Shown: piece after piece, positions 48,336-61,547 of the stretch | Numbering within the stretch: the stretch's first letter is position 1 | Layout of the letters: each line of letters begins with the position of its first letter | DNA from: Phoronis australis | Lineage: Eukaryota > Animalia > Phoronida | Length of the DNA stretch: 64,000 nt | Direction: 5' to 3' | NCBI GenBank assembly: GCA_002633005.1 | Contig: NMRA01000268.1 | Span: forward strand, 192,585 to 256,584 | Program-made: the position numbers and the translations under genes | The notes under the pieces: generated by a model | Told to the model about the DNA's origin: nothing | The model's database searches: none | The model's input: the letters and a program-made list of their open reading frames with translations, nothing else

Positions 48336-51300
48336 TCACAGGTCGTGAAATCTCGCAGGGGGCTTTACAGCTCGTCCCGATCTGGTGTGGTAGAGACCAT
48401 CGTCCGCAGTGGTTGACGTTCCTTCGGGCACAACCGGTTGTAAGTCTTCTTCCACGGATGGGGTGTAGTCATCGGGAGGCTGTGGCTCTTCTTTCGTAGA
48501 ACGAATGTGTCGACGGTTTCGCCGAAATTCAACGCCAGTAGATTTGCGAACAATGTACGAGCGAGGTGCTTGTTCGCACTTCTTAACGACTGTCGCAGGT
48601 TCCCATTTCTTAGAGATGGAGTTTTGCACTCTGACATGTTGGTTGTCACTAAGTTCTGTAAGTGGTCTTGCATGTTGGTTGTAATATTCAACTTGCTTTG
48701 TGGACTTTGCAGGATATGGCAGTTCCTTTTCTTTGTTGTTGACTACGGGTAGGTTTGAACGAACCTTACGGTTGAACATGTATTCGGCTGGAGAAGGTAA
48801 TCCAGAGGCAATGGGCGTAGTGCGTAGACATAGCAGCGCCATCTGTGGATCATCTCCAGTTTCTAACGACTTTTGGAGACATCTCTTCACTGTCCCGACG
48901 AATCTTTCTGCTTTTCCATTACCTTGTGGATAGTGCGGGCTGCTAGTCACATGCTTGAAGTCATACTCTTCAACAAATCTTCGAAATTCATCACTGCTGT
49001 ACTGTGGACCGTTATCGCTCACANAAGGGAATGCAGGATACCATACTCTGACATGACCATACGTAGTTGTTGTATGATGCTTGACGAAGTCGTAGACGAA
49101 AGCTTGCGAACAATACAGAATGAACTGTAACAGTCGACGACTAGTAGGTATGAGTTGTTGTTCCACTGGAACAAATCAGAACCAATGATAACCCATGGCT
49201 GCTGGGCTTCAATGTGCAGAATCGGCTCTCTTTGTTGCGACGATTGGTTTCGTTGACAAGAGGCACAAGATTGCACCATGAGCTCAATGTCTGAGTTGAT
49301 ACGGGGCCAAAATACAGACGACTTGGCACGCAGTTTGGATTTCTCTATACCAGGGTGTCTAAGATGTAACTTCTCCATTACGTACATGTATGAACGTAGG
49401 ATTTTGGGGATCACGACACGATCTCCTTTCACAATGATTCCATCATAAAGTGACAGTTCATCACGATATGTCCAATAATCTTGTACACAGGTAGGACAAG
49501 CAGCTTTGGAATCAGGCCAACCTTGGGTGATCGCTTGCTTGAGCTGGGCTAGGACTTCGTCTTGTTCGGTTAGTTGTCGAATGTCTTGTAAGCGCGGCTT
49601 TGTTACACTGACTAGACTGTGAATGTTCACGTCCATATCTGAAATAGAAGAACCAGGAAGTGAGTTTCTAGAGAGAGCGTCAGCAACAGGAATGTTCTTT
49701 CCCGGAGTGTATGTCACCGTAAAATCATACTGCTGTATGCGAAGTAACATACGTAACAGTCTAGGTGGGGCGCTTGATAGTTTCTTCTTGGTGATACTCA
49801 TGAGCGGTTTGTGGTCAGTTTCGATTCTCACAGGTCGCCCATACACGTAATGATGAAAGCGTTCAAGTCCAAAGACAATAGCTAGCATTTCTCTTTCAAT
49901 GTTACAGTAGTTGGACTCGGTTTCAGTGAGACTCTTGCTTGCGAAAGCGACTGGACGTTTGTTCTGGATCAACACGGTTCCAAGTCCGGATTTACTTGCA
50001 TCTGTTTGCANAGTAGGTTCCGCATCCGGCCTAAGAGTTATGTGATATTCACCAGGGAATAGACCGATACCATCGAATACTTCGTGGTATGTGTTGAGAA
50101 GCAAAGTTTTCGCTTCACTGGGATTGTCTGGGAGTTTTGCTAGCTTTTTGTGGTCATTCTCTTGTGTGGTTTTGCCGATTTCATGGAGACTGTTTTGGGT
50201 GTGCAGAGTTAGCAACCCAAGCTCAACACTCGTGACTAAACTAATGAGTGTCGGACCTATGACGTCAGTAATGTAGAACTTTGTGTTCAGAGTTTTGTCA
50301 CTGAAACTAGCTTGCAGTTCCAGGGCTCCGAAGTTATTAATCGGAGTTCCACCATAAGCGGATAGATCAACGTTGGGGGCAGGGGACAAGTTCGCTGGTA
50401 GTCCATTCTGATCAATGTTGTCGGGGCATACTTGCTTGAAAGCACGAAGGGGCATAACATTCAGCTCTGCACCGGTGTCAATTTTACATCGAACCATAAC
50501 GTTGCGCTTTTGTGCAGTCTGCATCTTGATGTGGACAAATGCCTCAGTTTTATTGTGATTTTCGATAGTGTCCAGTGTGTACACTTCGACTCCTTGATCA
50601 ATATTGTGTACCTTGCTTGTACGTTGGGGAGGTTTGTGCGAGATTTGATTTTGTTTACGGGAGGCATAGTTAGTGTGTTTGTTTCTCTGCTTGCGTTTCA
50701 AACAGACATTGGCAAAATGTCCCGTCATTTTGCAAAAATTACAGACCAGTCCATACGCGGGGCATGCTTCGTCCTCTCGCGCATGATTGCCACCACAGTT
50801 AAAGCAGGAGGTTTGTCTCGCCTGTTATTTTACAGCGGGCTTCTTTCTTTGGACAAACTGTTTAGGTCGCGCACCGGTAACACTGAGAACATCATTACTG
50901 TTGGNGATTTTGTTTACGGGAGGCATAGTTAGTGTGTTTGTTTCTCTGTTTGCGTTTCAAACAGACATTGGCAAAATGTCCTGTCATTTTGCAAAAATTA
51001 CAGACCAGTCCATACGCGGGGCATGCTTCGTCCTCACGTGCATGATTGCCACCACAGTTAAAGCAGGAGGTTTGTCTCGCCTTTTCTTTTACAGCGGGCT
51101 TCTTTCTTTGGACAAACTGTTTATGTCGCGCACCGGTAACACTGAGAACATCATTACTGTTGGGTGTTTGACTATTTTGAATGTCCTGCATGTGCACCAC
51201 TGCAGTCTCATGGGCACGCATTATACCTAATGCGCCATCTAACGTGAGGTCTTCTTTGGCAATAAGTTTTTTTTGAACGTTTTCGTGCCTGACACCTGCT

Positions 51301-51797
51301 ATAATGGTATCTAGAAGCTGTTCGTTTGTATCTGCATAGTTGCACTCGGATGCGACGATTTTTGCACGCGTTAAAAACGCGTCAATAGTCTCACCCTCCG
51401 TTTGTATGAGAGCACGTAACTTGAATCGGGCCACTCGGAAGTTGGTTTTGGGCTTACAGTATTTTTCAAAGTTGTCATAATGCACTGTGAGGCTTTCCAA
51501 GTCGTCGCCAGTTAGTTCCCAGCCATTGCGGATATCACGGCCTTCCTCGCCGACCCATAAAAGTAGNACTGTCAGGCTTTCCAAGTCGTCGCCAGTTAGT
51601 TCCCAGCCATTGCGGATATCACGGCCTTCCTCGCCGACCCATAGAAGTAGGTAGTTAACCTTCACACTGTCAGTTTTTTCCGCTAGGGGTCCGTTGAAAA
51701 TAAGTTCACACGTTTGTTTGAACTTTCTAAAACGATCTGGCAAGTTTTGCGCCTTCCAATCGATTGTAGGAATGGGTACACCTGTTAAGTCACTCAT
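48336..51797 (-). CDS. Gypsy gag-pol polyprotein (broken by N joins; RT core missing at N 50011)
   Basis: Gag with zinc knuckles (CFNCGGNH..C, CNFCKMTGHFANVC), protease KIDTGA, RNase H TDASKSGLG..EREMLA..ETDHKPL, integrase zinc finger (H..H..C..C) and core (SDNGPQY..GKAER). Confidence 0.92.
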
Positions 51798-51822
51798 GTC
51801 GGGGTTCGTTTACCTGACACCA

Positions 51823-51945
51823 TGAAACACTTTGTGTTTTAAGTTAAGACAAAGAACGTCGTGGTTGACTCTCTATTCGTGTGCAATGATAATAGCTACA
51901 TTACATGTGGTCCGTAATACTAGACTTAGGTACGCGTATACAACA
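51823..51945 (-). repeat. Extra LTR copy (divergent, different flank), probably from another locus
   Basis: Differs from both outer LTRs (GTGCAATGATAATAGC vs GTGTAAAGATAATAAC), is followed by CTTAA rather than the TSD, and lies next to N 52070. Confidence 0.8.
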
Positions 51946-52149
51946 CTTAATAAGCTACAAAAACAATTTAACTTTGCAATTATTATGTTTCATTATGACT
52001 TACCGGCGTGGGTGTAATTGTAGTAATGCAGCGCTCCTTCGGTTTTGCCCGACGGGTGGTAGGTGGATGNGTTTTGTGCCTTCCAATCGATTGTGGGAAT
52101 GGGTACACCTGTTAAGTCACTCATGTCGGGGTTCGTTTACCTGACATCA

Positions 52150-52272
52150 TGAAACACTTTGTGTTTTAAGTTAAGACAAAGAACGTCGTGGTTGACTCTC
52201 TATTCGTGTGTAAAGATAATAACTACATTACATGTGGTCCGTAATACTAGACTTAGGTACGCGTATACAACA
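52150..52272 (-). repeat. 5' LTR
   Basis: TG..CA, followed by TSD AGCAC. Confidence 0.9.
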
Positions 52273-52625
52273 AGCACTATTATAAAAAGTTTCCCCACAG
52301 CAGTTCTATCCACTCACTCACTCAGTCAAAGTCACTGTGTTTGTGCACTCACACTGGTTCTTCATCTGAACACCAGATGGAGTTCCCCTACTTCCTTCAT
52401 TTCCAAAGAACAGCACTCTAATTGGCTAATCGTAACCAAGTGTTAAAATAATGTTTACTCATAAAATAGACAGTGATGATCAAATCACACAATTAAAAAA
52501 TCTTGAGACAATTTATAAGTAACTATAAAAAATGCAGTTGTCTGCATTTAACTTATTAAATTCGAATTTAACCGCCTTTCATTGAAATTATACCCAAGTA
52601 CCAAAAAGATGACCTATATTTATAG

Positions 52626-52636
52626 CCAATCACGTG
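52626..52636 (+). promoter_or_regulatory. CCAAT box + E-box in PSMD4 proximal promoter
   Basis: CCAATCACGTG ~50 bp upstream of the ATG. Confidence 0.4.
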
Positions 52637-52681
52637 AAAGTTAACACTTGCTGACGAAACTATAAAACAAAAACTTCCAAG

Positions 52682-52707
52682 ATGGTGCTTGAAAGTACAA
52701 TGATATG
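52682..52707 (+). CDS. PSMD4: 26S proteasome non-ATPase regulatory subunit 4 (Rpn10/S5a), coding exon 1
   Basis: ATGGTGCTTGAAAGTACAATGATATG|GTATGT = MVLESTMI(C), the conserved Rpn10 N-terminus. Confidence 0.92.
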
Positions 52708-52970
52708 GTATGTTTTCTTGGTTTTTCACGAGAATGTCTCAAAACGTTTCCCTTTAGGCTTGATTCTTTCAAAACAGATAAAAGGACTAAAAAGAATTTC
52801 ATGTAAAGGGTGGACTTCTTGTTCTGTTATTTGAATGATTAGCAAATTAGACTTGGTGTCCGATGACTTAGCAGTTTCTCGAACTTGCCTGTGAAAAGGC
52901 AAGGTGAAGACGCACTGGTGTCATCTGTTTGGCTGTGCCAATGGCAGCCACTAGTAGAAGGGGAAGATAT

Positions 52971-53137
52971 TGTCGTAATAGACGAGATTGCCCGACCGCG
53001 GGAATCGAACCAGCGACCCCGATTTAACTGGCGAGCGTGCTAACCATCCAGCTAATACAATAGGGAATAGGCAATTGCCCGTTAGCGAGTGGCTAGCAGA
53101 GGCTCATGTATGATTCACCGGAAGCACTTTCACAACA
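52971..53137. repeat. Short TG..CA LTR-like unit containing an antisense tRNA-like segment
   Basis: TGTCGTAA...TTCACAACA with ATAT on both sides and a purine tract AGAAGGGGAAG just upstream; minus-strand TAGCTGGATGGTTAGC..GGTTCGATTCCC at ~52990-53055. Confidence 0.4.
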
Positions 53138-55973
53138 ATATATACCCTTTTACTGGAATAAGGACTTACCTTTATGTAGCTATTCTGTTACTAAATCTTG
53201 TCTCCGCAACTCATAGTTTTGTTCTGAGTGATCTTAAATTTGAAGATCATTTTAAAGTATAAAGAACATAACTAGGCAACCCTCGTAGAACCAAAAAATT
53301 GGGCAACATGTTGTCGCATATGTTAAACTGTGATAAAATGACTAATCACGTAATAGCTGTGTTCACATTATCGGCAAATTGAACCAAGTGACCACGGCAT
53401 ATCGTGAAAAAACGTCACAAAACAGTGCTTTTTCTACTAATTCTTAAGACTATCAACTTGCCAAACTTTGTGGTGGAAAAACATGTTTATTTATCACGTA
53501 AGATCTCCTTATTATCAAATATCCACGACAAAATCCCTGGTATCGCACTGTGGCACTGGTTGGTCCCGTTGTTAGCGCGCAAGCAGTCCCGGCAGACAAC
53601 AGTGACTTGGAAATGTGCGTCTCACTTTTTATCGTAAAAGACAGCAAACATGAAAATGACAACCCTATTAATCGCCAAATGACGGCCACGTCTTTACTTT
53701 CAGCAAAGTAGTTTTTGAGTAGCCAAGAAATTCTCAAACCTTTTACTTATTTCTGGGGCTACGTACGCGACATACGAGTCATCTGTCACATGTTGTTGCC
53801 AACGTAAAATGTAGGCCTACTTTAGCGATTCAAGTGCCCCACCAGTGCGCACCACCCCAAAGCAGCACATCAAAAGAGAACAGCGACAGTCCTAAATGAA
53901 AGAGTATACTGGCTTGGCTCTGGTAAACTCGGGTGTCAATAGTTTATTTGGTGGTTGGGAAAGACCCGATGCTTTATGACATTCCCCTTTACAGATGTAG
54001 CCCAAAACTAATATTTTCCTGCTCCGATGTTCCCTAAGCTCGATGATCCATGCCCATAACCAGCTATTGCAACTAAACGGGTAGATGTGAAATTACCTGC
54101 CTACTCCCTACCTTTGAAGTGTTTCATAATAAGCGCTCACTGCTCTACTATAGGTGTCCCCCCTCAACTTTTGACAATTTCCAATTAAGCGTTAAGTTTA
54201 GGCTAGCGCCCATCATAGCGCACTACAAACGACCGCAAAACTGACACGTAGATTATATGTAGTGAGTCACTTTAATTTTATACAACAAATTCAGTTTTCA
54301 AAGAAAACGTCTTTTCTCAATATGCAAAAATCAACCCTGGCTTTGTTTTATACCTCCAAAAGAAAATAAGACTAGTGACGTGTGTTGTTTTGTGGCTAGC
54401 CTATTTTTACTGTACACTGAAGGTATTGAGGAGCAAACTTGAAATACCCAATGGAAACCACATGGATTCTGGAATTATTTCAAGGCTTTATGTCATGGAA
54501 AATATTTTGCTGAGTACTTCAGCAGCAAAAGTCTAGCATTTTTGTTGTGAAATTTGCACTGATTTGTACCTGCACATCCACATACGTCATTCGCATACGT
54601 TGCAAAGTTTGGGCTGCGAATAAAAAATGGAAGGAGTTTACACTCAGAGTTAGTTTGGATCTTTAATGACATTGATGACAGTCATGTAGCAGGTCAGACC
54701 TAGCAAAATCGTGGATGCTTTTTCAGTGAATATTTCCTCCCTTTTCACATTGCAAACTTAGCTACTCGAATGCATGTGTCGGTTAGAGAGCACAGATTCA
54801 ACTTTCACGTCGGCAACAGCCTTTGAATGTCGGTTGTGAAGAACAGTAACGCTGTATCTGCATGTAAGAACTCAATTTTGCGACGTGAAATTTGTGAGTA
54901 TTTACCTCTGGAGGTAAGAGCATAATATAAACATTTTCTCAATGATCTAAAAAGTTTTTTTGGCACATAAAAATGATGGGAAAATTTTGCGACTTGGCAT
55001 TTATGAATGCTAGCTGAATTTTGAAAGTGCGACCTGGGATTTTGGCTAGGTCGCAAAATGCGATGTGGCGGTTTTCATAGCGTCGAGCCCTGACAAGGCC
55101 TAAAGTAAAGTGAACCAAGTACAGTACTGGGTGCTAACAAACATGGAAAAAGTCGGTCGATGAAGTTGGCAGTATTTGTGGAATGTGTTCCAGATAAATG
55201 TGTTATTACCCACGCCATTGTGTCAACAGTACCTCTTTCGTAAAGTTAATCTCTCAACAAATTTAGTTTGCTTGCAATGCTATGTTCGTCAGTTATAGCA
55301 GGTTTAGGACAAAAACAATTCAAAGTCTCTTAGATGTACAGTAAAGTTTGATTTCAAAAATAGATCTAAGCTCTTATGAATGTAACCAGTGCTTGGCAGT
55401 CAGAAATCTTTTTATCTTTTTCAATGAGTAATACTGCAAAAAGGGCATCGTAAGATATTTGTTGTTTCTTAATGTAATAAACCATGTGGCTGCAATTCTT
55501 TGATAAGTCAAAAGATGCAAAATCTTATGACCATGAAATGGAAGTGCACTGATATTTTAGAATCAATAACTAAGTACCACAACATAATAAATTACCGGTA
55601 GTTACTTACGCATTTGTTGTTGATGGGAGTGTTATACAGCTTATAGGGTCTTGTGTTGTAATGAAATGTCTTGAACTCAAGTTATGTAGTCATATTGTGA
55701 AAGTTAATGAAATACCTTAGAACGGTCAAAGCTAATTTCAGTCAGTGTAGTGAGTTATGTTCCAGTGCTAAAATATTTTTTTACTGAATGCTAATTATTT
55801 TTTATTATTCAGAATAGATGTGTCCCTCTTCAAAATAACTACCAGCAACTAGTTTTCACTGAATAACGGTCATCATCATTATTCAGTGAGACTGATTCCT
55901 TGCAGCCATTTTAAACAGGGGCCATCATCTGGACTTTTACTCTGATTTTCATGTTTCTCCTCATTGTTTGCAG

Positions 55974-56114
55974 TGTAGACAACAGTGACTTCATGAGAAA
56001 TGGAGATTTTGTACCATCCCGGTTACAAGCCCAGCAAGACGCCGTCAATTTAATATGCCACACAAAAACAAGGTCAAATCCTGAAAATAATGTTGGCCTG
56101 ATGACTTTAACGGG
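55974..56114 (+). CDS. PSMD4: PSMD4 coding exon 2
   Basis: [46 protein letters not shown]; CAG acceptor, GTGAGC donor. Confidence 0.97.
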
Positions 56115-56817
56115 GTGAGCTTCACATTTTGTTTGATTTAAAGCTGAAAAGATCCAATGTACTAGTAGTGCTATTGCGATGTTTGAGTTTCTCTCTTCAT
56201 TATTTTGAATATATGTAAGCCTGAATGTATACAAGAGCAGTCACAATTTACATTTTTGTTAGGTCACTGGAATTATCTTTTTCCTCCAAGTTCCAATACT
56301 TCAAATGCACTTGTAGCTTCTCTGGAATCTATGCCTATGTTTAGATTACAGAAGTGAGCTTTGAAGTTATTTTAGAAGGGTGGTGTTTGTCAGATTTCTT
56401 GCTTGCAGTCATCAACATGAGACCTTAAAGGAACACTAGCATTTTTGGGCTATTGTTGGATGGACTAGACTTCTTATGATATCTGCCACTGCTTGGGGTG
56501 CGTTCACCAAGGTTATTACCTTGTCAGTTTGGATGGACCATACAAGATCATGCAGTCCAACATAAGGTCTCACTTGGGTTTCGTTTGCCTAGTGTACGCT
56601 GGCAAATTGGCTGCTACTGAAGGTGATAGGTATGGCTACTAGTACGTGGCTAAGTTGAATTATGGGAGTAAGCATGCATTGGCACTCACAATACTAACTC
56701 TGATTCTGTTGCAATGATTAAGGTTGAGTGACTGAGGTTACTGAAAGTACCTATGGTCTTTTGCAGGCACTACCAAGTTACTACTAGAGCTGTTGTAAAC
56801 AATTGATTTTGTTCCAG

Positions 56818-56929
56818 GGGAAATGTTCTCATGACCCTTACTACTGATGTTGGTCGCATCCTTTCCAAACTGCACCAAGTGCAGCCCAAAGGGGTTCTCA
56901 ACCTTATATCTGGTATTAGGATAGCACAT
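56818..56929 (+). CDS. PSMD4: PSMD4 coding exon 3
   Basis: [37 protein letters not shown]; CAG acceptor, GTAAGT donor. Confidence 0.96.
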
Positions 56930-57718
56930 GTAAGTATACCCTTTGTGGTATATGATAGAAATGCTGATTTTGGTTTCACTTTTGTTCAAGACACACTTGC
57001 ATCAAAATCGGCAGGGATAATGGCATACCCAGTAAAGTTGGATTCAAGAGGGAAGATAAAATAGTTTAGGATGTAGTGGAGGAAGGTGGGCCTGTATCTT
57101 GAGTACCAGTTTGATGCCCGTTATTCAGTGGAGAAAGCTGGTTCTCAAAATTTGGGCACGTTATACCCGACCATTATTGAAAGGTTGATGCAGGAATGCT
57201 ATTGAGGAATTGTTTGATTATGTGGCAACACTTTTAAGTGTTCTTTTGTTTCTATTTTAAAGTTTTCAACATTTTAAGCTACATTTCGCCATGTTTAGCT
57301 GGCTAAAAATGTTTTTACTCTCATGAAGATAGTCTCATAATATTCATTGCCATCAAAGGATTCAGATTCCGCTACCAACGAAAACAACAAAACCACTTCA
57401 AAAAACACTTTACAGTATCAAAACCGCTTCAAGAAAACGCTTCATAGTGTTGTTGACACATGTACACATAGCCTGGGACTTTCTTTAATAACTCAAATAG
57501 AATCCTCTCTTGGTTAGGAATATTTATAACAGTGACTGATTTTATGAGACTAAAAGGTCTAATTTGATTCTCGGTTTTTAGACAACTAAACTGGGTGAAA
57601 TGCAATTTTACACTGTTGAAATTTTAAATTTACAAAAATGCAGTTTTGTCTATATAGATGTTGTTTCCACAGCTTTTGTTGAGTGACATGTTCATACATT
57701 GGTTTCCCTGACTTGCAG

Positions 57719-57874
57719 TTAGCCCTCAAGCATCGACAGGGTCGTAACCACAAGATGAGGATCGTAGTGTTCGTTGGCTCACCCATTGGTGACGATGAAA
57801 AGGAAATGACAAAGTTAGCCAAGAAATTGAAAAAAGAAAAGGTCAATGTGGATATCATTGACTTTGGAGAAGAG
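57719..57874 (+). CDS. PSMD4: PSMD4 coding exon 4
   Basis: [52 protein letters not shown]; CAG acceptor, GTTAGT donor. Confidence 0.97.
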
Positions 57875-59980
57875 GTTAGTTTAAGAAGGAACAATATTTT
57901 GCATAATTTTCTATTGTTAATTTCACTAATAATTCAACAGCAAAAGGTAAACTTATATTTTTTTAACGAAACTCAAAAATTGGTTCAGATAGTTCCATTA
58001 TCACCCGCTTTTAGCGCTGCTTCTCGTGACGTAATTGGTGGGACAAAGTCAGCATTCGTCATGTTCTTGCATAATTCTCTGCCTTTTGTAGCAAAGAAGT
58101 GTCTGTCGACGTTATGAAAACAGTATGCTCGTGACAGGCGCTCGCACCATTTCCTAAAATTTTGCGACCTCTGTTGGGAGATGATGACAGTTTTGCACCA
58201 GCAAATTCTGTTCTTAAGTTCGATTTGCTGGTATTATAATATAAAAAACATAACGAAATGAAACCAATTCCGATAATTTGTGACATGTACGCAACCTTGT
58301 GAAAGCGAAGAACAGTTGATTAAAGAATTGGGGAAAAAAGAAACTGGTCAAGGTGTGGTGACGCAATATTTCATAGCGCCAAAAGCTGACGCAAAATATC
58401 GCATCACAATTTTAGCAGCAGAATAATGATAGAATGCCAATTTTTCCAACACCACTAAATAAGTTAGTTTACTCAAGGGAGGGTGTAGTTTTTAATGACA
58501 CTTATTTTTTGTCAGATTTTATTTGCCCTGTTTGTTACCCACATGGGCACAAAGCTGTATATTTAGTATACAAGTTTGCACCGAAGTTAAGGCAGCTGAT
58601 GGTATGCAATCTACCTCCCCTTAGAAGACACGTTTTTCGAAAAGTTCGAACAACTAGGTGCCATACAAAAAGGTATGCCAAACAGTAAAAAAAAGAACAG
58701 CTGATACATCGATAAAATACAATGTAAACTCTTTCAACTCCTAATGGCACAGCTATATGTGATAACCTGTCGATGCTCCACCAATCACTTCACTGACATA
58801 TCAGCCAATCAGCGATCACTGTCAGGATTTCAGTATTTTGATAATAAATATGAATCGGCTCTTGTTTGGCGTGCAACTGGGGCAAATGTGAATTTTATTT
58901 GTATGTTAGAACCTGCTAAATGCTGCATTATTTTTACTACAGTCATCTTTTAAATGTCTGAGAGTTTTGGCTAAAATCTTGCCAATTTAGGACACATTAT
59001 GGCAGATAAACGGAATTTCATTTTCTAATTTTGATACGCCCACATATTGCACATTGCTGTCATCTCTTTCTGGGTGCCCGGTGTTCGGCATCCACAGCTG
59101 TGTCTCCTAAACCCCTGACAGATTCTTGATGAGATTTGGCAGATGTGTTCACATGAAGATAACCAGGGATGGCAACAAATTTTGAACTGATCTGACTACT
59201 GCTGTGCCCCTTGTGGCAATTTGATTTTTTATGGTTTCATATGCATCTTTAGAATTCTTGGATGGATTTTAATAAAATTTGGCAAATAGGTTTCTATTAA
59301 GGATAATGGGAATTTCATTTTCTAATTTTTTTGTTAGAGATATGTTGCTCTAAATTAATTATTTTCCATATTCTAATCTTATACAATAGCTGACCCTGAC
59401 ATTTTGAAAATTTATAGGCATTCACTGCAGTGTCAAAAGCCTTTGACAAATGTAAAAAGAGCAGATTTGGCAATTATTTTTGGTGCGAAATTGATGAGAT
59501 TTTACCGAAGTGGTATTGGCGTGCTTCTAGTTATGGTATCATATAGCAGGAAGTACACATTATTGCTATCTTAACCTATCTTTCAAAATGATTTGTGAAT
59601 ATGAAAACAGTAAAACTCCATATAAGTTGGACATACATAATCAAGTTTTTGGTTTTAATTATTTGAGCTAAGTTTCAGAACACGGTTCTCTAGTTTGTAC
59701 ACTCGACCCTTCAGATAAGTTAGATTTCACCTTACTCAGGTAAAATCTCTCCATGCAGTTAGATATGACTTAGGCACATTTGACTGCGCTACCAAAATCT
59801 CACTTGTGCTAAATCTATACCTATCACTTATAGTTGACGATGGGCATTAATTCTACAAAACTATGTTGCCATCTAGTGTCAAATTTTTTCAATGATTGGG
59901 TATTGTGTAGGAAAACCACTATTCAAACGTTACACCAGTGTCTTACAGTGTGTTTTCATCTTTGCCTGTGTCCCTTTCAG

Positions 59981-60042
59981 AATGACAATGGAGAGAAGCT
60001 GAACAGTTTTATTTCAACAATCAATGGGAAGGAAGGTTCCAG
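59981..60042 (+). CDS. PSMD4: PSMD4 coding exon 5
   Basis: NDNGEKLNSFISTINGKEGS(S); CAG acceptor, GTAGGC donor. Confidence 0.93.
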
Positions 60043-60616
60043 GTAGGCCGGCCACTGTTTCTTCACCTACACTTTCATCTTAGTAAACTGTTAAATTGAT
60101 ACTACAGCACAATGATCCATAGTGGCTGGAATGATGGGAAAATTCAAATAGACTTTGTCTGATTATTGGAGTATACTGTAAAAGCATTGTCATGACTTGG
60201 AACTATATGGCGCATGGAATGATTAACGGCTCTGCAGGTTTTGAGGTGTGGCCTGCTTGATGACAAATTTCAGTGTTGCTTTTCCAAAGTTGTGGCAAAA
60301 ATGTCTATGGGAGCCCCGTCAGCAATACCGGTATTTTTTTTTGAAAATTGGTTGTCATGGTTTGCTCTAGAATTTTAGTGTCTGTAAACAAAGGAGACCT
60401 TATGTGGTTTTTGAAAATTACTGTTGTGTATTTCTTTGTGTTTGCTTTCGCCAAATGGCGTTTTTGTGTGGGGCTCACATGCTGGGTTATGACCAATTTC
60501 CCCATGTCGAGCTCTTTATCATGTGCAAGCTTGGCTCAGGCAGATCGTCGAATTTTTGCCAAATGATTCTGACTTCCATTTTTGTTCTTCTTGTAGTATT
60601 TTACATGAGTGCTTAG

Positions 60617-60654
60617 ATGTGTGTGTGTGTGTGTGTGCGTGCGTGCGTGCGTGT
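60617..60654. repeat. (GT)n/(GCGT)n microsatellite
   Basis: Seen directly. Confidence 0.9.
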
Positions 60655-61130
60655 GGTGACTTCATTGCCACTTGGTATTTTTATAAGACTGCCAAACAAT
60701 ATCTGGGGTCGCCAAATAGAGCCGTCATCTTAGCCTTAGTAATATCACTAAGTACATTAGTTCTCAACTCGGCAATATGAACACATTGAGATCTTTGATT
60801 TCCCCACAAAGCTTGTATTTCAAGTGATAGCACTGTGATGGTCTTTGAATAAATTGTGGCCCAAGAATAATCTGAATTGGATTTTACAGTATGATGCAAA
60901 AATGATGATGAAAATTGATGAAGTCTTATCTTCTCCAATTTTCTAGATTTCAAATACATATCAACTTAAAGATATTATTTACTGAGTAATAATTTTCGAT
61001 TTCAGTATTCAAAAAATGACATTTTAATAATGTAGTTAGATTAATTTCCGCTGGTTTATGGATGAAATTGAACTGGAGACCCAGTTGGTGTTGAATGCCT
61101 CGCCCTGGACTTTGTTCCTTGCTGTTCCAG

Positions 61131-61290
61131 TTCTCACCTGGTGACTGTTCCTTCGGGCCCTGCTCTCTCTGATGCTCTCGTCTCCTCACCCATAGTAGCG
61201 GGTGAAGACGGCGCTGCTGCCGTGCCAGCCATGGGTGGCAGTGGGTTTGAGTTTGGCATTGACCCCAACGAAGACCCAGAGCTAGTGTTG
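61131..61290 (+). CDS. PSMD4: PSMD4 coding exon 6 (end of vWA domain, start of UIM1); gene continues beyond the window
   Basis: [43 protein letters not shown]; CAG acceptor, GTGAGT donor. Confidence 0.96.
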
Positions 61291-61468
61291 GTGAGTGTAG
61301 AACAATTCAACTCTTTGATATTCACCATGAGTATGGTAAAATGTCACCAATTGAGGACACAATATGGCTGACAAGTCACTTCTTTATTTTTTTTCATAAA
61401 AATAAGTAGCACTTAAAAAATGCTATATGATTTTAAAGAGCTATGCTACATAGCTACCGTCAAGAGGA

Positions 61469-61547
61469 GGCAGTGTGGCCTAGTGTGATAGGTGCCTTCT
61501 TTCTTTACTGAAAGTCGTGGGTTCGAGTCCCATTGGGCCACACTGCT
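61469..61547 (+). repeat. tRNA-derived SINE-like element
   Basis: A-box TGGCCTAGTG, B-box GGTTCGAGTCC, closing stem GCAGTGTGGCC/GGCCACACTGC. Confidence 0.5.

Larger units (their letters stand above)
48073..52272 (-). mobile_element. Ty3/Gypsy LTR retrotransposon (Mag-like), young, partly collapsed in the assembly
   Basis: 123-bp TG..CA LTRs at 48073-48195 and 52150-52272 that look identical; TSD AGCAC at 48068-48072 and 52273-52277. PPT (minus CGAAGGGAGA) next to 48195; PBS-like TGGTGTCAG next to the LTR at 51823. Domain order gag-PR-(RT)-RNaseH-INT. Confidence 0.95.

Noticed and set aside
49981-50040. Gypsy element naturally lacking reverse transcriptase
   Set aside because: The jump from the RT start (PDAEPT) to RNase H (QTDAS) falls exactly on N 50011: a collapsed gap.
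50644-51163. Apparent duplication of the Gag zinc-knuckle region (also the LLLWVGEEG repeat at 51567)
   Set aside because: Near-identical copies abut single-N joins (50905, 51567): unmerged contig overlaps, not biology.
51823-52149. Three-LTR or tandem element
   Set aside because: The middle LTR has different SNPs and a non-TSD flank next to N 52070; most likely sequence from another locus misjoined.
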